From the NCBI GenBank assembly GCA_011046135.1, contig DSBG01000092.1, positions 11,034 through 75,033 on the forward strand: DNA of 64,000 nucleotides, read 5' to 3'. The stretch comes from Deltaproteobacteria bacterium. GTDB lineage: Bacteria > Desulfobacterota > Desulfomonilia > UBA1062. The notes under the pieces were generated by a model. That model made no database searches. It was not told the origin of the DNA and saw only the letters and a program-made list of their open reading frames with translations. A program made the position numbers and the translations under genes. Shown piece after piece: positions 60,416 through 64,000 of this stretch (the stretch's first letter is position 1; the number at the start of each line of letters is the position of its first letter).

Positions 60416-61411
60416 TCAATCTCTGATTCTGTACAGTCTTCTGATCGCCCTGTTGTGCTCCTTCAGTGAGGTGGAAAACGAGTGGGTGCCATCTCTGTTG
60501 GATACAAAGTAGAGGTAGTCTGTACTCGCCGGCCACAAAGCCGCCCTGATGGAAGCAATACCCGGATTGCAGATGGGACCCGGAGGGAGTCCTCTGATTC
60601 TGTAGGTATTATACGGAGAGTCTCTCAGGAGGTCTTCCGGTCGGATAGTTCGACTGAATCCGTCTATACCGTATACAACCGTCGGGTCTGCCTGGAGTGG
60701 CATATTCTTCCTCAATCTATTGTGAAATACCGATGAAATGATCGGTTTTTCCTCATGAACTACAGCCTCTTTTTCGATGATGGAAGCCAGGGTGAGCACC
60801 TCGATCCGGCTCATGTCAAGTTCTTCCGCGCGAACGTCAAAGTCATTGGTATAGAGTTCGCTGAAACGGTTGATCATTTTGGCCATGATCTCCAGAGGTG
60901 TCATATGGGGTGATAGGAAATAGGTATCAGGAAAGAGGAATCCCTCCACTGACGGTGCGCCCAGATCGAAGAACGACGATGTTTCGGCCCTGAGAGCACT
61001 CTGGACAAACTCCTCTCTGGTTACAAGACCAGTGTTGGTGATGATATCGGCGATGGTGTAAATGGTCGATCCTTCCGGAATGGTTATGCGATATCGCAAT
61101 GTCTTTCCTCGGAAGAGGATTTCCATGATCTCCATGGGGAGATGCCTGCCTTCGAATATGTAGGTTCCGGCCTTAAGAAATCTGTATTTAGAGCTTGCGA
61201 GCGTCAGGGCCATGAACATGGGGGCATCGGTGACAATGCCCTCATGCTCCAGGAGACGGGAGATCTCCCAGGCACTCTGGCCAGGAGTGATTTCGATTTG
61301 CAGCGGCATTTCCGGAGCTGTCGGTGTGGTAAGGAACAGATATGCATGGATGATAAAGACCACCACGACTCCTGCCGTGAATGCGCACGTCATATGCACA
61401 AGGGTCTTCAT
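60416..61411 (-). CDS. mltG: endolytic murein transglycosylase MltG (YceG family)
   Basis: An N-terminal transmembrane segment and the YceG core (…LTLASIIEKEA…, …FYGRPAREGTSF…). Confidence 0.8.
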   Translation of the reverse strand: MKTLVHMTCAFTAGVVVVFIIHAYLFLTTPTAPEMPLQIEITPGQSAWEISRLLEHEGIVTDAPMFMALTLASSKYRFLKAGTYIFEGRHLPMEIMEILFRGKTLRYRITIPEGSTIYTIADIITNTGLVTREEFVQSALRAETSSFFDLGAPSVEGFLFPDTYFLSPHMTPLEIMAKMINRFSELYTNDFDVRAEELDMSRIEVLTLASIIEKEAVVHEEKPIISSVFHNRLRKNMPLQADPTVVYGIDGFSRTIRPEDLLRDSPYNTYRIRGLPPGPICNPGIASIRAALWPASTDYLYFVSNRDGTHSFSTSLKEHNRAIRRLYRIRD

Positions 61412-61809
61412 GATCCGTGGGTATCCAGATATTCTTTGAGGATAAGGCTTGCAGCGATCTTATCAACCACCTTCCTCCGCTTCCTGCCTCTGACCTGGTG
61501 TGCCATGAGCAGTTCATGGGCGTCGAAAGAACTGAGGCGTTCGTCGAAGAACTCCACGGGAAGATCGAGGAAGATCTCGAGATTCTGGGCCCACGACATG
61601 ACTTCTCTGGCGATTTCGGAGACGCTTCCGTCCATGTTGAGGGGAAGCCCTACAATGACTCTTTTCACCTCATAGTCTGTGGTGATCTTGAGGAGTTCGT
61701 CCATGTGGGAGCCGTCAGCGTGGACAGCAACAGTTTTCAGCGGATGCGCCATAGTGCACCCTGGATCGCTGATGGCGACTCCCAAGCGTTTCGTGCCGTA
61801 ATCAATGGC
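61408..61809 (-). CDS. ruvX: putative pre-16S rRNA nuclease / Holliday-junction-resolvase-like YqgF (RuvX)
   Basis: MAIDYGTKRLGVAISD at the N-terminus and a C-terminal …DERLSSF… region. Its stop overlaps the mltG start. Confidence 0.8.
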   Translation of the reverse strand, partial: AIDYGTKRLGVAISDPGCTMAHPLKTVAVHADGSHMDELLKITTDYEVKRVIVGLPLNMDGSVSEIAREVMSWAQNLEIFLDLPVEFFDERLSSFDAHELLMAHQVRGRKRRKVVDKIAASLILKEYLDTHGS

Positions 61810-61969
61810 CATGATGCGTACAGCAGTTCGCAGGCCAGTCACGTCCCGTTGCATGATCATGTTCATCGCCCTTGGCGTGTACTCCGCTGCAGCCCACAGT
61901 GGCAGAGAGTTTCATGAAAGTGCAGAGAACGAGTCAGGGCTTCATCTTCTCTGTTCATGCGTTCCCGTC

Positions 61970-62881
61970 TTATTTCCACTGAAACTCCTTCACTTCTACC
62001 TGAAAGGACGTCCCCTCACGAGCGGGTCTCCCGTAGAAAGCGATGGCGAAGGGCAGTTCCTGCGACGAGGCGATGATGCCTGTGGAGGCAGGTTCAGCAT
62101 TCAACAAGGCATCGATATCCGCTCTCTTGTTCCGGGTGAATTCATAGGCGTGGGGTACGATGCCCGCAAAGGCGGAGCGGGTATCGATGAGCTTGTTCTG
62201 AGGATCATACACCCGGGCCTGAACCATAACAGACTGCAGGGGTTTCTGGGAGAGTTTCACGATGACGCCCTTGATTACGAGCACGGCACCTTCGCTGGGG
62301 CTGGTGAGGAGTTCATAGGTAATACTCTGTTCAGGGATAGAGAAGAAGGGTCCCGTTTCAATGACCTGTTGCTCCTGCTCATCTTGAGCCGCTCCAAAGA
62401 AGGGGAGATTACCCCGGATAAACCACACTCCAGCCAGGACAAGCGTAACAAGGACGGCAATAAAGAGAAAAACCCACGAGGATCTCTTCTTCCTTTTCTC
62501 TGGTTTCGAGACGAGCCCTTCCTCTGGAGCGATATCAGCACCTTTTCCAAGGATGGAATCGATCTCCCTGATCACGGAAGAGGGTTGAACTTCTGATTCA
62601 TAGTCGGCGCCGGGTTCCTTGCGTGGGGGGGGCTCGTCGGTTTCCGCGATCTCCTGAGAGCTCTCTTCGGACGGGACGAGACCTTCTTCCTGTGTTTCGG
62701 CAGGCGATTCGTTCTGGCGAATGAGGGAATCAAACTCCTCTTCAATGGTGGGTTGTTTTTCGATGATGTGGATGAAGACGTGAGAGCACACGCTGCAGCG
62801 CATTTTCACACGGGGTTTCCCCACTGATGACTGATCGAATTTGAAGCTGCTCTGGCATTTCGGGCATGTGATAATGGTCAC
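61970..62881 (-). CDS. MJ0042-type zinc-ribbon protein with a transmembrane segment and a C-terminal DUF3426-like domain
   Basis: An N-terminal CPKC…CSVC zinc ribbon, an acidic linker, one transmembrane segment and a beta-rich C-terminal domain. Confidence 0.55.
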   Translation of the reverse strand: MTIITCPKCQSSFKFDQSSVGKPRVKMRCSVCSHVFIHIIEKQPTIEEEFDSLIRQNESPAETQEEGLVPSEESSQEIAETDEPPPRKEPGADYESEVQPSSVIREIDSILGKGADIAPEEGLVSKPEKRKKRSSWVFLFIAVLVTLVLAGVWFIRGNLPFFGAAQDEQEQQVIETGPFFSIPEQSITYELLTSPSEGAVLVIKGVIVKLSQKPLQSVMVQARVYDPQNKLIDTRSAFAGIVPHAYEFTRNKRADIDALLNAEPASTGIIASSQELPFAIAFYGRPAREGTSFQVEVKEFQWK

Positions 62882-63408
62882 CGGGAGCCCTCCCTGTCCA
62901 TAGAATCAAGGACATAAATATCGGGCAAAGCCCGATAGTTCTCAGCATAGTCAAGCCCGTAACCGACAATGAAACCGTCTGATAAACGAAACCCGAAGTA
63001 ATCAGGTGTAATCAGGGAGCACCTCCGGAAGGTCTTGTCTATCATGGTGCAGATTTTCACAGAGGCCGGATTTCTCTTTTCAAGCCTTTTTTTAAATGCA
63101 ATCAGGCTGTTTCCGGTATCCATGATATCATCCACGATGAGCACGTGTTTCCCTTCAATGACATCTTCGAGATCATCCAAGACTTTCACTTCCGATTGGG
63201 GACAGTCGGCATTCCCGTAACTGGAAAGCCGTGCGAAACCTATTTTTATGGGTAAGTCTATGTGCCTGATAAGGTCTGACATGAACACGAACCCTCCTTT
63301 GAGGATTCCCACGATGAACAGGTCTTGTCCCCTGTATGCAGAAGAGATCTCTTGCCCGAGTTCTTGGACTTTTTGTGCTATATCGCTGGCGGAATAGAGG
63401 ATTTTCAT
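62878..63408 (-). CDS. hpt: hypoxanthine phosphoribosyltransferase
   Basis: The PRPP-binding motif VLIVDDIMDTGNS and the overall Hpt layout. The start is MKILYSASD at 63408. Confidence 0.85.
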   Translation of the reverse strand: MKILYSASDIAQKVQELGQEISSAYRGQDLFIVGILKGGFVFMSDLIRHIDLPIKIGFARLSSYGNADCPQSEVKVLDDLEDVIEGKHVLIVDDIMDTGNSLIAFKKRLEKRNPASVKICTMIDKTFRRCSLITPDYFGFRLSDGFIVGYGLDYAENYRALPDIYVLDSMDREGSR

Positions 63409-63618
63409 GGGAGAAGGTATATCGTATTGCACACAGGGTGTCAACGAGGTGCTCCGTGTGCAGGGGTGTGGGGTGCAGTCAAGAATCCCGGCATCTTCTG
63501 TTAGAGATTCAGAACGGTGGACCTTGTTCTTTTATCTTGAATAATGCATCGTTTTTCGTATATGTAACACAAGGTTGCTCGGTTATCTGCATGCTCATCT
63601 GCAGTAGTTCGGGCTGTA

Positions 63619-63978
63619 TTGTTTTTTCATGCAGGGGAAATCCATTACCCCCTAGGAGGTGATCGAGGAGTGGAAGAACAGAGGAACCATAAACGGGCAC
63701 ATGTGAAGATCCTTATGGGTTATCGTTCCGATGATCAGTCCTATAAAATGGGGAGGGTGAGAAACATCAGTCGCTCGGGTATGTTTGTGGAGACCGAGTC
63801 GCCCGAACATATGAACGGCTACGTCATCGCAAGCCTGGATATCGATGACTTTGGAAAGGTGCTCTGGGTTCAGGGAAGGGTAGTGCGGAAAACCGACGAA
63901 GGAATGGCCGTTGTCTTCACCAGCAAGGACGAGAAAGGCTTGGACGCTCTCCTGTCTTTTCAGGGCATTCCTTTCTGA
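63619..63978 (+). CDS. PilZ-domain protein (c-di-GMP-binding candidate)
   Basis: RNHKRAH (an RxxxR-like motif) followed by NISRSGMFVET (a D/NxSxxG motif). The true start may be the GTG near 63672, which follows a GGAGGTGA RBS. Confidence 0.6.
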   Translation: MFFHAGEIHYPLGGDRGVEEQRNHKRAHVKILMGYRSDDQSYKMGRVRNISRSGMFVETESPEHMNGYVIASLDIDDFGKVLWVQGRVVRKTDEGMAVVFTSKDEKGLDALLSFQGIPF

Positions 63979-64000
63979 ACCACCTGATTCTGCAGTGAAC

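Overview
This is a 64 kb stretch of a moderately GC-rich Gram-negative bacterial chromosome. It is densely coded and shows no mobile elements, CRISPR arrays or rRNA. The sequence supports these blocks: (1) a 5'-truncated sensor histidine kinase and a tRNA-Cys; (2) a roughly 15 kb run of outer-membrane and lipid A genes all on the minus strand, in the order lysS-lolE-lolD-bamA-skp-lpxD-lpxA-[Gfo/Idh/MocA oxidoreductase]-lpxB-msbA-lpxK-gmhB-lpxL-lpxL, with many start/stop overlaps; (3) an AMMECR1 protein, a HAD hydrolase and an orphan binding-protein gene; (4) a flagellar block of flgM plus flgF-flgG-flgA-flgH-flgI-flgJ(rod-binding domain only)-flgN-flgK-csrA, with two consensus sigma-54 promoters and one sigma-28-like promoter; (5) the F0 part of an ATP synthase operon (atpZ-atpI-atpB-atpE); (6) a glucosaminidase and a polysaccharide deacetylase, an AhbA/NirD-like AsnC protein with hemL, lon, a short GlmU-like gene, and mreBCD-mrdA-rodA; (7) a 4-hydroxybutyryl-CoA dehydratase-like gene beside a Na+/solute symporter; (8) an LPS-core-type locus holding a GT2-Kdo/WaaP-kinase fusion, a tandem double kinase, two GT9 heptosyltransferases and an embedded Gfo/Idh/MocA plus radical-SAM pair; (9) two overlapping response-regulator genes, one with an HD-GYP domain, downstream of hpt-[DUF3426]-ruvX-mltG, and a PilZ protein. 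The most likely undescribed feature is the oxidoreductase plus radical-SAM pair inside the kinase-rich LPS-core locus. All calls rest on reading motifs and families from the translations; no database search was run.
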